From positions 64,001 to 123,933 of the forward strand of contig NZ_JAFBCZ010000018.1 in NCBI RefSeq assembly GCF_016907925.1: DNA of 59,933 nt, in the 5' to 3' direction. The notes under the pieces are model-generated. The model was given only the letters and a program-made list of their open reading frames with translations, was not told where the DNA came from and made no database searches. The position numbers were made by a program, and so were the translations under genes. Origin of the DNA: Herpetosiphon giganteus. GTDB lineage: Bacteria; Chloroflexota; Chloroflexia; Chloroflexales; Herpetosiphonaceae. Each line of letters opens with the position of its first letter. Within the stretch, counting starts at the first letter, position 1. Shown here one piece after another: positions 8,444 to 19,438 of this stretch.

Positions 8444-9742
8444 ATGCTAAGTGACATAGCCAGCGAGCTAGGAATTGTCTTGGTATTGCTGGTTGCCAAC
8501 GGGGTTTTTGCTGCATCGGAGCTAGCCATGGTTTCGGCGCGGCGTTCTCGCTTAGAACAACAAGCCGCCGATGGCGATCTTCGGGCAAAGAAGGCCCTGC
8601 AACTCGCCGACCAACCTGATCGTTTATTAGCCACCGTTCAAGTTGGGATCACATTAATTGGTACGTTTGCAGCAGCTTTTGGGGGCGCGAACATCAGCAA
8701 ACCCTTTGCCGAATATCTGAAAACGATTCCTGCGCTCGAGAGTTATGCCGATTCAATTGCCTTTACGGTGGTTGTATTGCTCATCACCTATCTTTCGTTG
8801 ATTATTGGTGAGCTGGTGCCAAAACGCTTAGCTTTGTTGCATGCAGATACGATTGCGCGCAACCTTGCGCCGTTGCTTTCGTGGCTTTCGTGGCTCACCC
8901 GCCCAATCGTTTGGGTGCTTACCAATTCATCAACTTTGATTTTGATGTTGATTGGCCAGAACAAAAAACCTGATTCTAGCGTTACCGAAGACGATATTTT
9001 GTATATGACCCGTGAAGGGCGAGCCGGCGGCACGGTGGCCTTGCACGAAGAAGCGTTAATCTCACGGGTTTTCGATTTTTCGGATCGCACGGCACGCATG
9101 CTGATGACCCCCCGCCCCGATGTGGTAGCGGTCAGCGCCAATACGCCACTTGCTGAAATCACCAAAATTGCAGTTGAACATGGCTATTCGCGCATGCCAG
9201 TCTACGAAGGCGATTCGCTTGACCGCTCGATTGGCACGATCTATATAAAGGATGTGTTGCCATCGATGTTGGGCAACGACCAACGCCAACTACGTGAATT
9301 GGTGCGCCCGCCAACCTATGTCTTGGAGCACGAGCCAGTTTCCAAAATGTTGAGCCTGTTTCGCCGAACTGGCTCGCATATGGCCTTGGTGGTCGATGAG
9401 TATGGCCAGATTTCGGGGATTCTGACCCTCGAAGATGTACTTGAAGAACTGGTTGGCGATATTCGCGACGAATATGATTCGAACGAAGAACAAACCATGG
9501 TCAAACGTGATGATGGCTCATGGCTGATCGACGGCTCTGAATCCTATGCAGTAATTGCTGATCGTTTAAATATTGCAATTAATGATGCCAACGATTTTGT
9601 GACGATTGCAGGCTATGTGCTAAACGAACTGCATCGATTGCCAAATGTTGGTGATCATGTGGCTTGGGATGATTACGATGTTGAAGTGATCGATATGGAT
9701 GGGCGGCGGATTGATAAAGTCTTGATCAAAAAACGCGCCTAA
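8444..9742 (+). CDS. CNNM/TlyC/CorC family transporter-associated protein (DUF21 + CBS pair + CorC_HlyC)
   Basis: N-terminal 4-TM DUF21 region, a CBS pair, and a C-terminal transporter-associated domain. RBS gaaaggaac. Confidence 0.8.
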   Translation: MLSDIASELGIVLVLLVANGVFAASELAMVSARRSRLEQQAADGDLRAKKALQLADQPDRLLATVQVGITLIGTFAAAFGGANISKPFAEYLKTIPALESYADSIAFTVVVLLITYLSLIIGELVPKRLALLHADTIARNLAPLLSWLSWLTRPIVWVLTNSSTLILMLIGQNKKPDSSVTEDDILYMTREGRAGGTVALHEEALISRVFDFSDRTARMLMTPRPDVVAVSANTPLAEITKIAVEHGYSRMPVYEGDSLDRSIGTIYIKDVLPSMLGNDQRQLRELVRPPTYVLEHEPVSKMLSLFRRTGSHMALVVDEYGQISGILTLEDVLEELVGDIRDEYDSNEEQTMVKRDDGSWLIDGSESYAVIADRLNIAINDANDFVTIAGYVLNELHRLPNVGDHVAWDDYDVEVIDMDGRRIDKVLIKKRA

Positions 9743-9862
9743 ACTGCTTGATCGATAATTGGCAATGACGAAGCTCGTTTGAGTTTCGTCATTTGCGTTA
9801 ATCACGAACCTGTTGAATTAATTGTTGATAAAGCCCGTCACGTGTTTACAACAAGAGGTGAT

Positions 9863-10462
9863 ATGCTTGATTTAGATCGTGCTTTAGCCCAATTTCCTGT
9901 GTTGGAGACCGAGCGCCTGATCTTGCGCCAGCCAGTTTTAGCTGATCGCGACCCCATGTTTGCGATTATGGCCGACCCACAGGTCTTGCGCTATTTTGGT
10001 CAATTGCCAATGGAAACGCCTGAGCAAGCAGAAAATCGCTTGAACAGTCTCAAACGATCGTTTAAGCAAAAAATTGGTGTGCGCTGGGCCATTACCTTAC
10101 GCGAGCATGGCGAGTGGATTGGTTCAGGTGGGTTTTGGCGATTTGAGAGCGAGCATGCACGGGCAGAAATTGGCTACGAATTGGCAGCGCACTATTGGGG
10201 CAAGGGCATTATGACCGAGGCCTTGCAGGCGATTCTCCAATTTGGCTTTGAAAACCTTGGCTTGCATAGCGTCGAAGCCCAAATTCACCCTGAGAATCAA
10301 GGCTCGCGGCGAGCGCTCGAAAAAGTTGGCTTTCATCAAGAAGGGCTGCTGCGCGAGAACTATTTTGATATTGTTGAAAACCGCTTTACCGACACCGTAG
10401 TCTTTGGCTTGCTTGGTGCTGATTGGCGGGCGGCGCAGGCCAAAAAGATTAACAACGGTTAA
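9863..10462 (+). CDS. GNAT family N-acetyltransferase (RimJ/RimL-like)
   Basis: Start moved to MLDLDRALAQFPVLETERLILRQP (RBS aggtga). Acetyl-CoA motif region QGSRRALEKVGF. Confidence 0.7.
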   Translation: MLDLDRALAQFPVLETERLILRQPVLADRDPMFAIMADPQVLRYFGQLPMETPEQAENRLNSLKRSFKQKIGVRWAITLREHGEWIGSGGFWRFESEHARAEIGYELAAHYWGKGIMTEALQAILQFGFENLGLHSVEAQIHPENQGSRRALEKVGFHQEGLLRENYFDIVENRFTDTVVFGLLGADWRAAQAKKINNG

Positions 10463-10535
10463 GCCAAAGCTTTGACTTTTTATCGGCGCTACGGTAGCAT
10501 AACGAGCGATTGAAAACCCATGGAGGTTCTTACAG

Positions 10536-10772
10536 ATGCGCAAACACATGTTGGCTAGCCTTGTTGTGCTAGCACTCTTGGCTGGTTGTTCAACCACCGG
10601 TTCAGCTCCAACCACGGCTCCGGTTACCAACCAACCAACCAATCCGGCCCCAGCCCAAACTCCCGCCAGCTACCCAACGCCAGCAGATGGCAACGTAGTT
10701 GTTGAGCCAACCTTGGAGCCAGGCCAATACCCAGTTCCCAACTCGCAACCAACGGCCTACCCAACTCCCTAG
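10536..10772 (+). CDS. Small Pro/Thr-rich lipoprotein
   Basis: Signal peptide plus lipobox LLAGC. Low-complexity PT-rich 78 aa. RBS ggagg. Confidence 0.55.
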   Translation: MRKHMLASLVVLALLAGCSTTGSAPTTAPVTNQPTNPAPAQTPASYPTPADGNVVVEPTLEPGQYPVPNSQPTAYPTP

Positions 10773-10947
10773 GGTTGCACGGCCTTAGTGGTAGTGATAT
10801 ACTATAATCAGTATGAAGTACACAGACCGAAACGTGGGTGTCCCCCACGTTTCTTCTTGTCAACAAGGTTAACCAACGCAGGGTGGCTCCATCAAAGCAG
10901 GTATTATGTCGATACCTGACCCACTGCACCCCTAAGCGAGGCTAGAT

Positions 10948-12282
10948 ATGAAAAGTGATTTTTACGCAGCTATTTCACAGATTGCCGCCGAGCGCGGCAT
11001 TCCCCGCGAGTCGGTGCAGGATGTGGTCGAGCAAGCCCTAATCTCCGCCTATCGGCGTTATTTGGGCAATAATCCACCACCCGTTGACGTTAAGATTGAA
11101 TTAGAGCCAAATACTGGCCGCATTCGAGTTTACGCTGAAAAGCAAGTTGTCGATGAAGTGATGGATGATCGCTTCGAGATCGACATTGAAGATGCGCGCA
11201 ACGTACGGGCCGATGTTGAAATTGGCGAAACCGTGTATGTTGAAAGCACGCCCGACGATTTTGGCCGGATTGCCGCTCAAACTGCCAAGCAAGTTGTGCT
11301 CCAACGAATCAAAGAAGTTGAACGCGACCATATTTATGGCGAATACTTTGATCGTGAAGGCGAAATTGTTACGGCAACCGTACAGCGCACCGCCAAAGGC
11401 AACGTCATTTTAGAAGTTGGGCGTGCAGAAGCGATTCTGCCGCAAAAAGAGCAAATTAGCCACGACAACTATCGCCATGGCCAGCGGCTTAAAGTCTATT
11501 TGATGGAAGCCCGCCGTGATGATCCCCGTGGCCCGCGCTTGGTGGCCTCGCGCACCCACAAAGATTTGATCAAACGCTTATTTGAGATGGAAGTGCCCGA
11601 AATTTATAACGGCACGGTTGAAATTAAATCAATTGCCCGCGAACCAGGCTTACGCTCGAAAGTAGCCGTCCATGCCCGCCAAGAAGGCATCGACCCGGTT
11701 GGCTCGTGTGTGGGGATGCGCGGGATTCGGATTCAAAATATTGTCAATGAACTGAACGGCGAGAAGATCGACGTGGTGCAATGGGGCGCTGATATGCGGG
11801 TATTTATTGCCAACGCCCTCAGCCCAGCCCAAGTCGTCGAAGTTCATCTTGATGAAGGCGAGAAAACGGCCACCGTGGTCGTGCCAGATAAACAATTGTC
11901 GTTGGCAATTGGCAAGGAGGGCCAAAACGTTCGTTTGGCAGCCAAACTGGTTGGTTGGCGCATCGACATCAAGAGCGCATCTTCACTCCTTGAGGAAGAA
12001 CGCGCTGCTGCCGAAGTGCGCGAAGCTGCCGCGTCGGAACAAATGCTGCAAGAAGCAGCGCTTTCAACCGCCAAAGTCGAAACCCGCAAGGTTCGCGTCG
12101 ATTCCTTGGTTACCTATCAAGGGCGACAATACGGCCCATTGCCAGCAGAGATTATTGGCGAAGAAGTCGCTTTGCGCGCCGCCGCCCAAAAACTCAATAT
12201 TTATTTCAATGACAAGCTCATTGCTAGCTATATCATCGATGATGAAGCTGGCGAGAGCGACGAGACGGATACCGAGGCATAG
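10948..12282 (+). CDS. nusA: Transcription termination/antitermination factor NusA
   Basis: S1 and KH domain sequence ([17 protein letters not shown]) and acidic C-terminus. Conserved operon context. Confidence 0.9.
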   Translation: MKSDFYAAISQIAAERGIPRESVQDVVEQALISAYRRYLGNNPPPVDVKIELEPNTGRIRVYAEKQVVDEVMDDRFEIDIEDARNVRADVEIGETVYVESTPDDFGRIAAQTAKQVVLQRIKEVERDHIYGEYFDREGEIVTATVQRTAKGNVILEVGRAEAILPQKEQISHDNYRHGQRLKVYLMEARRDDPRGPRLVASRTHKDLIKRLFEMEVPEIYNGTVEIKSIAREPGLRSKVAVHARQEGIDPVGSCVGMRGIRIQNIVNELNGEKIDVVQWGADMRVFIANALSPAQVVEVHLDEGEKTATVVVPDKQLSLAIGKEGQNVRLAAKLVGWRIDIKSASSLLEEERAAAEVREAAASEQMLQEAALSTAKVETRKVRVDSLVTYQGRQYGPLPAEIIGEEVALRAAAQKLNIYFNDKLIASYIIDDEAGESDETDTEA

Positions 12283-12285
12283 CCT

Positions 12286-12609
12286 ATGGCTGCTCAAAAG
12301 CAGTCGCCGCGCCCACGCCATGTGCCACAGCGCATGTGTGTTGCTTGCCGGCGTACCGATAATAAACGTCAGTTGGTACGTCTTGTACGCTTGGCCGACC
12401 AAAGTGTTGTGGTCGACCCAAGTGGCAAGCAAGCGGGCCGCGGTGCATATCTCTGTGCTGAACGCCCATGTTGGACCAATGCGCTAAAGCGCGGGGCCTT
12501 AGAGCGAGCCTTGCGCGTCGAATTGAGCGCGATTGATCAGCAGGCTCTGCAAACAATTGCTGATCAATTTCCCGATGCTGACCCAGCGGTGGAGGCTGCG
12601 ATGAACTAA
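12286..12609 (+). CDS. ylxR: YlxR/DUF448 family RNA-binding protein
   Basis: Motif RMCVACRR...QLVRLV. Lies between nusA and infB as in many bacteria. Confidence 0.8.
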   Translation: MAAQKQSPRPRHVPQRMCVACRRTDNKRQLVRLVRLADQSVVVDPSGKQAGRGAYLCAERPCWTNALKRGALERALRVELSAIDQQALQTIADQFPDADPAVEAAMN

Positions 12610-12692
12610 GCCGCATCACTGCCTTCGCCTCTGGCTTCAGCTTCCCAAGCCCTTAAACACAAGTTTCGTGTTGGGCATTAGGAGGACCATAG

Positions 12693-14915
12693 ATGCCAGT
12701 TTCTCAAAAAAATACCCGCGATGGCGTAAGTGATCGCGCAAACAATCGCAAATCATTCTCTGCTAGCAGCGGCGGCAGCGGTGGTAACCGTGGCGGCGGC
12801 GGCGGTGGCGGTGGTGGCAACCGTGGCGGCGGCGGCGGTGGCGGTGGTAACCGCAATCGGCCTCAATCGTCTGGTGGCGCACGCCCTACCCGTAGCGGCG
12901 AAGACGACCGTAACCGCACAGGTGGCGGTGGTGGCGGCGGCGGTAACCGCAATAATAATAACCAAAACCGTAGCGGCGGCCCTGGTGGCAATCGCGGCGG
13001 CGGCGGCGTTCCTCCACGCGGCAGTGGTGGCGTTCCACCACGCGGCAGCGGCGGACGCGGCCAAAACAACAATCAACAAGGTGGTCGTGGCCGTGGCACG
13101 CCAATGATGGCTCGCCCAGTTGCGCCTGCGCGCCCACGCGGCCCAGTCGAGCTTGCTCCGGTTATGACCGTGCGTGAGCTATCGGAAGCGCTGAGCGTTG
13201 GCGCAGCTGATATTATCAAAGAAATGCTCAAGCAAGGCATTTTGGCAAATATTAATCAACAGCTTGATTATGAAACTGCCGCTGTGATTGCCGCAGAATT
13301 TGATATTGAAACCACCGAGCATGTGCCTGAAAGCATGGCTGGCTTGGTCGATGATATTGGCGATGCGCTGCGCGCCGAAACCGCCGAAAATCTCAAAACT
13401 CGCCCACCAGTTGTCACAATCATGGGTCACGTTGACCATGGTAAAACGAAATTGCTCGATGCAGTGCGCTCAACCCGCGTTGCTGAAGGCGAAGCTGGCG
13501 GGATCACCCAACACATCGGGGCTTACCAAGTTGAAATCCATGGCCGTAAAATTTCGTTCTTGGATACACCAGGTCACGAAGCGTTTACCGCCATGCGTGC
13601 CCGTGGGGCAACCGTCACCGATATTGTTATTTTGGTGGTTGCAGCAGACGACGGCGTGATGCCACAAACGGCAGAAGCTATCGCCCACGTTAAGGCCGCT
13701 GGCGTGCCAATGATTGTGGCGATCAATAAAATCGACGTGCCTGGGGCCAACCCCGACCGCGTGCGCCAACAATTGGCAGTCGAAGGGATTGCGACTGAAA
13801 GCTGGGGCGGCGACGTTCCTGATGTCGAAATTTCGGCCAAGCACAAGAAAAACATCGATGGCTTGCTGGATATGGTGTTGTTGGTTGCCGATTTGCAAGA
13901 ATTGAAGGCCAACCCCGATAAACCAGCCATCGGTACAATCGTCGAAGCTGAGCTCGACAAAGGTCGTGGCCCTGTCGCAACCGTGCTGATTCAAAACGGC
14001 ACGTTACGTCAAGACGATATTGTGGTGGTCGGCGCGACTCACGGCAAAATTCGGGCAATGTTTACCGATATTGGCCGCCGGATTCGCATCGCCGAACCTG
14101 CAACGCCAGTCTCGATCATCGGGCTTTCGGAAGTGCCACAAGCTGGCGATATTTTGCAAGTGCTTGATGATTCGCGGATTGCCCGTGAAGTGGCAACTCA
14201 ACGCCAACGCCAACGTCAGATGGAACACTTAGCCAACCAGCTTGGCAAAGCAACCACGCTTGATGAAGTGTACAAACAAATTCAAGCAGGCAAAATCAAG
14301 GATCTCAATATTATTCTCAAAGCCGACGTACAAGGCTCAATTGGGGCCATCGAACACTCGTTGGCGCAGTTGAACGAGAAACAAAGCGAGATTCAAATCA
14401 AGATTTTGCACCGTGGCACTGGCACAATCAGCGAGTCGGACGTGAGCTTGGCCGTGGCATCGCACGCGATTATCATTGGCTTTAATGCGCGCCCCGATGC
14501 TGCTGCCCGCCGTAGCGCCGAAGCAAACGGGATTGATATTCGCTTCTACAACATCATTTACCAATTGATCGAAGACCTGAACAAGGCCATGATCGGGATG
14601 CTCGATCCTGAGATCAAGGAAGTGACCGATGGCTTTGCAGAAGTGCGCAACACCTTCCGCTTGCCATCACGCGAAGTTGTGGCTGGCTTGATGATGATCG
14701 ACGGCAAGGTTACCCGCAACTCATTGGTCCGGGTCTTGCGCTCAGGTGTTGTGTTGCACGACGGGCGGATTGGCTCGCTGCGCCGTTTCAAAGACGACGT
14801 GCGCGAAGTGCTTTCTGGCTACGAGTGTGGGATGCAGGTCGATGGCTTCAACGACATCGAAGCTGGCGATACGATGGAATTCTATCGCAAAGAAAAGATT
14901 ATTCGCACCTCGTAA
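12693..14915 (+). CDS. infB: Translation initiation factor IF-2
   Basis: GTPase motifs [13 protein letters not shown] and NKID. Gly-rich repetitive N-terminus. RBS aggagga. Confidence 0.95.
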   Translation: MPVSQKNTRDGVSDRANNRKSFSASSGGSGGNRGGGGGGGGGNRGGGGGGGGNRNRPQSSGGARPTRSGEDDRNRTGGGGGGGGNRNNNNQNRSGGPGGNRGGGGVPPRGSGGVPPRGSGGRGQNNNQQGGRGRGTPMMARPVAPARPRGPVELAPVMTVRELSEALSVGAADIIKEMLKQGILANINQQLDYETAAVIAAEFDIETTEHVPESMAGLVDDIGDALRAETAENLKTRPPVVTIMGHVDHGKTKLLDAVRSTRVAEGEAGGITQHIGAYQVEIHGRKISFLDTPGHEAFTAMRARGATVTDIVILVVAADDGVMPQTAEAIAHVKAAGVPMIVAINKIDVPGANPDRVRQQLAVEGIATESWGGDVPDVEISAKHKKNIDGLLDMVLLVADLQELKANPDKPAIGTIVEAELDKGRGPVATVLIQNGTLRQDDIVVVGATHGKIRAMFTDIGRRIRIAEPATPVSIIGLSEVPQAGDILQVLDDSRIAREVATQRQRQRQMEHLANQLGKATTLDEVYKQIQAGKIKDLNIILKADVQGSIGAIEHSLAQLNEKQSEIQIKILHRGTGTISESDVSLAVASHAIIIGFNARPDAAARRSAEANGIDIRFYNIIYQLIEDLNKAMIGMLDPEIKEVTDGFAEVRNTFRLPSREVVAGLMMIDGKVTRNSLVRVLRSGVVLHDGRIGSLRRFKDDVREVLSGYECGMQVDGFNDIEAGDTMEFYRKEKIIRTS

Positions 14916-15014
14916 GCGCTGATTAACCGGTAGAGTGGAGACAAATAGATCTGTTGTTTGTAACAGGTGTGTTTGTCTCCATTCTGCATTATTAAACCTG
15001 TGGGAGTGACTGTT

Positions 15015-15395
15015 ATGGCAAAAGGTAAACGAGTTGAACAAGTTGCCGAAGAAATTAAAGTCATTTTGAGCAACGCGATTCAATTTGAAATTCAAGACCC
15101 ACGCTTGGGCTTTGTAACCCTCACCAGCGTGAATGTTAGCCCAGATTTGTATCATGCCAATATCAACGTCAGCGTGATGGGCGATGATGCAGCGCGCAAA
15201 GATTCGATTGCAACCCTTGATCGGGCTAAAGGCTTTTTGCGGCGTGAACTGGGCCAGCAAATGAAATTACGAGCTGTGCCAGAGTTGCATTTTCATCTTG
15301 ATGTAACGATTGATACACGCCAACATATGGACAAGCTGTTCAACCAAGTGGACGAAGAACGGCGGGTTAACCCACCAAAACTAGACGACGAATAA
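15015..15395 (+). CDS. rbfA: Ribosome-binding factor A
   Basis: Start moved to MAKGKRVEQVAEEIK (RBS gggagtg). RbfA-like sequence throughout. Confidence 0.85.
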   Translation: MAKGKRVEQVAEEIKVILSNAIQFEIQDPRLGFVTLTSVNVSPDLYHANINVSVMGDDAARKDSIATLDRAKGFLRRELGQQMKLRAVPELHFHLDVTIDTRQHMDKLFNQVDEERRVNPPKLDDE

Positions 15396-15406
15396 GGAAT
15401 ACCACG

Positions 15407-16399
15407 ATGCTGTATACCACTATTCAACAAGCGGCTCCGGCCCTGCGTGATGCCATGACCGCCGCACGCCATATTTTGGTTACCTCGCATATCAACCCCG
15501 ATGGCGATGCAGTTGGCTCAAGTATTGGGCTAACCCGCATTCTACGGGCGATGGGCTGTCGGGTAACTATGGTTTTGCCAACCGATCTGCCAAGTTTGGC
15601 GGTGGTTTTGCCCGATGCACCAGAGGTTGGGGTTTATAGCCAAGGGGCAAGTTTGCCAGACGATGTTGATTTAGTGGTGTTGGTCGATACTGGCAGCATC
15701 TCGCGGATTGAGCCAATTTTTAGCGCAGAACGGGCCTATTTGGCCCAACGCCCATTGTTGGTGATTGACCATCACGCTACCAATAGCGGCGAAGGCTTTT
15801 TAAACTTGGTGATGACCGAAGCCGCCGCAACTTGCGAAATTTTGGGCTTGCTGGCCCAAGCTTGGAACCAAGCAATTGACGCAGAAACCGCAACCGCCTT
15901 GTTGATGGGCTTGGTGACTGATACCCAAAGCTTCCAAACTTCGCATACTAGCCCGCGCACTTTGCGCGTTGCCGCCGATTTATTGGCACTCGGTGGGCGA
16001 TTAAACGAGGTTATGCGCTCGATGATGTATGGCAAGCCGTTTGCCCATGCCAAAGCTTTGGGCATGGCAATTGAGCGCATGCACGACGAGGGCGATATTA
16101 TCTGGACGGAATTTACCCAAGCCATGCAACAAGGTACGGGCGCAGATGATGAGGCTGGCGATGAAATTACGGCCTATCTCAGCCGCGTTGCCACAGCCAA
16201 AGCCTATGTGCTGTTTAAAGAGCGGCGTGATGGCACGGTGAAAATCAGCATGCGCTCGCAGCCTGGAATTGATGTTGGCAGCGTGGCCCATAATTTGGGT
16301 GGTGGCGGCCATCGCGAAGCTGCTGGCGCAACCTTGCAAATGGGCTTGGCCGAAGCCCGCGATTTGGTGCTGAGCACGTTACGGTCAGCCTTAGCCTAA
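15407..16399 (+). CDS. nrnA: DHH/DHHA1 phosphoesterase (NrnA-type oligoribonuclease/pAp phosphatase)
   Basis: DHH motifs HINPDGDAVGS and LVLVDTG. C-terminal GGGH. Confidence 0.8.
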   Translation: MLYTTIQQAAPALRDAMTAARHILVTSHINPDGDAVGSSIGLTRILRAMGCRVTMVLPTDLPSLAVVLPDAPEVGVYSQGASLPDDVDLVVLVDTGSISRIEPIFSAERAYLAQRPLLVIDHHATNSGEGFLNLVMTEAAATCEILGLLAQAWNQAIDAETATALLMGLVTDTQSFQTSHTSPRTLRVAADLLALGGRLNEVMRSMMYGKPFAHAKALGMAIERMHDEGDIIWTEFTQAMQQGTGADDEAGDEITAYLSRVATAKAYVLFKERRDGTVKISMRSQPGIDVGSVAHNLGGGGHREAAGATLQMGLAEARDLVLSTLRSALA

Positions 16400-16445
16400 T
16401 TAATAGAAAGGTTGTGGCTCGTTCATTGACGAGCCATATTTGCGT

Positions 16446-17321
16446 ATGCTGCATGGATTTTTAAACATCGATAAGCCCCAAGGCATGACCTCAACCGATG
16501 TGGTGCGGGTGGTCAAACGAACTGCGCGCATGAAACGGGTTGGCCATGGTGGCACGCTCGACCCAATGGCCACGGGCGTGCTGCCAATTGCCTTGGGCAA
16601 TGCCACTCGTCTGCTCGAATATTTGCAAGAGGAAGATCACAAAGCCTATATTGCAACCTTGCGGCTCGGCATCACCACCGATAGCGACGATGCAGAAGGC
16701 GCTGTAATTGCTGAGTCAACGGTTCCTGCGCTTGATGCAGGTTTGATTGAGCGCGTCTTGAGCCAATTTCGTGGTGCAATCGAGCAAGTGCCGCCGCAAT
16801 ATGCAGCGATTCGAGTCGATGGCAAACGCATGTATGAATATGCTCGCGAAGGCACGCATATCGAGTTGCCAGCCCGCCCAATCACGATCGAGCAGCTTGA
16901 TTTGTTGGCTTGGGATGCGCAGCAATTAACAATTGCGGTCGATTGCAGCAAAGGCACCTATATTCGAGCCTTGGCCCGCGATATTGGAGCCTTGCTTGGG
17001 TGTGGCGCGCACCTAACTGCCTTGCGGCGTACGCGAGCAGGAGCCTTTGATTTGAGCACCAGCATTGCGTTGGCTGAACTTGATCAGCAGCCTGAGGTTT
17101 TGGCTGCGGCGCTTTTGCCACCACAGGCAGCAATTGCCAACTGGCCCTTAATCTCGCTGCCTGAGGTGGTTGTAGCCGATGTGCGTATGGGGCGGGTTGT
17201 ACAAGTTGATAGCGTTGCCGAACGAGTAGGTTTGCTTGATCAAGCTGGCCAATTAGTGGCGATTGCGATATTGAGCGAAACTGGCTATCAGCCAATCAAG
17301 GTCTTTGCTCCCGAAGCTTAG
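16446..17321 (+). CDS. truB: tRNA pseudouridine(55) synthase TruB
   Basis: Motif LNIDKPQGMTSTDVV...GHGGTLDPMATGVL. ATG at 16446; ORF track begins at TTG 16440. Confidence 0.9.
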   Translation: MLHGFLNIDKPQGMTSTDVVRVVKRTARMKRVGHGGTLDPMATGVLPIALGNATRLLEYLQEEDHKAYIATLRLGITTDSDDAEGAVIAESTVPALDAGLIERVLSQFRGAIEQVPPQYAAIRVDGKRMYEYAREGTHIELPARPITIEQLDLLAWDAQQLTIAVDCSKGTYIRALARDIGALLGCGAHLTALRRTRAGAFDLSTSIALAELDQQPEVLAAALLPPQAAIANWPLISLPEVVVADVRMGRVVQVDSVAERVGLLDQAGQLVAIAILSETGYQPIKVFAPEA

Positions 17322-17330
17322 CAAAGTATG

Positions 17331-17445
17331 AAGGATGAATTATGAGGGATGAAGCACAAATCAACCTAATAATCTGTGGCTAAAAACCTTCTTTGTGCAC
17401 TTCATGGTTTGTATAATTCATCCCTCATAATTACGTAAACCTGAT
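17331..17445. repeat. MITE-like inverted-repeat element of the GGATGAA/TTCATCC family
   Basis: Left arm gaaggatgaattatgagggatgaagcacaaa. Right arm tttgtgcacttcat...ataattcatccctcataatt (inverted). Lies between convergent truB and 17539..18033. Confidence 0.65.
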
Positions 17446-17538
17446 CCCTAGCCCCTGAACCCTCTTAACTAAAGCCCAAAGCCTATAGCCTATAGCCACA
17501 TGGACTCTTCAGCCTTCATCCCTCATCATTCATAATTG

Positions 17539-18033
17539 CTATTGGGTTGTATACGGCAAAAAGACGAAATTGGCAGGCACAACTGAGAAGGTGCGGGTGA
17601 TACTTTGGCCTTGGTAGGTGCTGCAATCATACTCAACATGCCAATTCCATGGCCCTAGTGCATCTGCTGGCAATGCTTGAGTTTGGGTATAAATGTAGGT
17701 AAACGGGACGATTGCTTGGCCTTGGCCCATAACGCCATTGAAAACATAATTCCGATCGCCAGGCCCATCGAGATGGATCGTATGACCACAGCGCGGGCCT
17801 TGCCAATTAAATGTCCATTTGTTGGGGGCAACTGGCTGTGGCAAAATGGCTTCGTTGGCTGGCGATTGCAGGGTAGGTTCTGGCCCGGGAGTTGCGGTTG
17901 GGCCGCCAAACGAGTAGGCAAGGCTGCTTGTAGTTGCTGAAGTGGCATGGTTCGGTGCAAGCAAGGTTCCGACGATGAACAGTCCGATCAGCGCTACCAC
18001 AACGATAGTGCCTGTGCGTTCGATCAAATTCAT
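17539..18033 (-). CDS. Hypothetical secreted/membrane-anchored protein
   Basis: N-terminal TM segment; RBS aggagg. No recognised domain. Confidence 0.5.
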   Translation of the reverse strand: MNLIERTGTIVVVALIGLFIVGTLLAPNHATSATTSSLAYSFGGPTATPGPEPTLQSPANEAILPQPVAPNKWTFNWQGPRCGHTIHLDGPGDRNYVFNGVMGQGQAIVPFTYIYTQTQALPADALGPWNWHVEYDCSTYQGQSITRTFSVVPANFVFLPYTTQ

Positions 18034-18189
18034 ACCATCCTCCTAAACTGTAGCACTGGCTGAATCAGCAACAGTCAGATGCTACAACTCGATAGTAATT
18101 TTTTTGAACGCAATAAGCAATAGCCGATCTAGGCTAGATTATCGTTTTGATCCACGAAGCGCAAGCAGAACATAGAACATAGACAATTA

Positions 18190-18530
18190 GTTACGAAGCC
18201 CACAAAGATAACGTTTTTAGCCACGAATTCCACGAATTCCACGAATGATCATTTTTTGAGCCACAGATTCACACAGATTAGCTCAGATTATGATTCCTAT
18301 AGCCAATAGCCAATAGACTACAGCCACGTTTTCGCCACAGATTGCACCGATAAAGCTTTTTAGCCACGAATTGCACGAATTGCACGAATAATCCGTTAGT
18401 TGCCACAGATTGGCCCAGATTATAATTCCGATAGCCTCCAGCCAAAAGCCACGTTTTCACCAAAGAGTGCCCAGATTGATTTGCTATTTGAGGTGGCATT
18501 TCATTCCTCATCCTTCATCCTTCATAATTT
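18190..18530. repeat. Mosaic tandem repeat block: two ~140-bp higher-order units built from ccacgaatt, cacagatt/ccagatta and tagccaatag sub-repeats, ending in ttcatccttcatccttcataatt
   Basis: Unit A is about 18214-18355 and unit B about 18356-18490. Both begin tttttagccacgaatt(c/g)cacgaatt(c/g)cacgaat. Confidence 0.7.
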
Positions 18531-18532
18531 TA

Positions 18533-19438
18533 TTAGAGGCCAATAATGCCGCGCCGCCGTAGGAAGGGCAGAATGCTTTGCTCAAGCGGGCGATCGCTGC
18601 GAATGCCAGCATAGGTCGCCCCATAGCGCTGACACAGTTGCTCGTGCATGCGCACCCAACGCACCAATTTTTCGCGATCATCTTTTTGGGTTTGTTGATC
18701 AAGCTCAAGCGCTAACACTTGGCCAGTTTCACTATCTTCAAATTCAACTGGGCCGCTTAGCGTAGGCTTAATTTCTTCGGGATGCAGCAGGTGCAGCACC
18801 ACAACTTGCCAGACTGGCGGAGCAGCAGCCCGTAGCAATGGCTCTAAATCACTCGTCCAAAGGTCGGAGATGATCAAGAGCATGCCGCCAGAACTGCGGC
18901 GAACTGCTTGGGTAATCGGCGTGAAGGAGGTTTGTCCAGCCCAATTCAAATTACTCAAATAGCGCAGCAAATCGGGGCCGCGCGCCCGACTAACCGCCGG
19001 CCCAAACGGCTTGATCAATTTGCTGGTAAATGGCCAAATCGTGGTTTGATCGTTTGAGGTGAGGCCGAGATAGCCGAGCATTGCCGCCAAACGCAGCGCA
19101 TAGCGACCTTTATGCAGCTCGCCTTGGCCCCAATCCAGCGAGGCCGAGCAATCCAAAGCAATTGTAATATTGATATCTTGTTCGGTTTCGCCAAGCTTCA
19201 CATGCAAATCTTCATGGCGTGCATAGGCAAACCAATCGACGTGGCGAAGGTCGTCGCCCGGGCTATAGGCGCGATGATCGCTAAATGTTGGCGCGGGCAA
19301 ACGCCGTCGCGAGGCATGTTCGCCGCTCAAGCCTCCGCGTAAGGTACGCCGCGAACGCAACGCGAGACGTTCGATCCGCGCTAAAAAATCAGGGTTAAAC
19401 AGGTCGCCACTAGCGCCCGAAGTAGTCTTGAATCGCAT
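18533..19438 (-). CDS. DUF58 domain protein (vWA-like, MoxR-associated family)
   Basis: Motif DWFAYARHEDLHVKLGETEQDINITIALDCSASL. Start set to the MRFKTTS methionine, which overlaps the end of the upstream gene by ~28 nt. Confidence 0.7.
   Translation of the reverse strand: MRFKTTSGASGDLFNPDFLARIERLALRSRRTLRGGLSGEHASRRRLPAPTFSDHRAYSPGDDLRHVDWFAYARHEDLHVKLGETEQDINITIALDCSASLDWGQGELHKGRYALRLAAMLGYLGLTSNDQTTIWPFTSKLIKPFGPAVSRARGPDLLRYLSNLNWAGQTSFTPITQAVRRSSGGMLLIISDLWTSDLEPLLRAAAPPVWQVVVLHLLHPEEIKPTLSGPVEFEDSETGQVLALELDQQTQKDDREKLVRWVRMHEQLCQRYGATYAGIRSDRPLEQSILPFLRRRGIIGL

Noticed and set aside
12730-13137. Several ORFs on both strands (12730..13107 +, 12753..13079 -, 12863..13072 -, 12886..13137 -) with Ala/Val/Thr- or Pro/Arg-rich translations
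   Set aside because: They are alternative readings of the GGC/GGT-repeat DNA encoding the Gly-rich N-terminus of IF-2. They are low-complexity artefacts.
18190-18530. Possible CRISPR array, considered because of the short direct repeats
   Set aside because: Repeats are 8-10 bp, irregularly spaced and mutually degenerate. There are no constant ~30-bp repeats with unique spacers and no cas genes.
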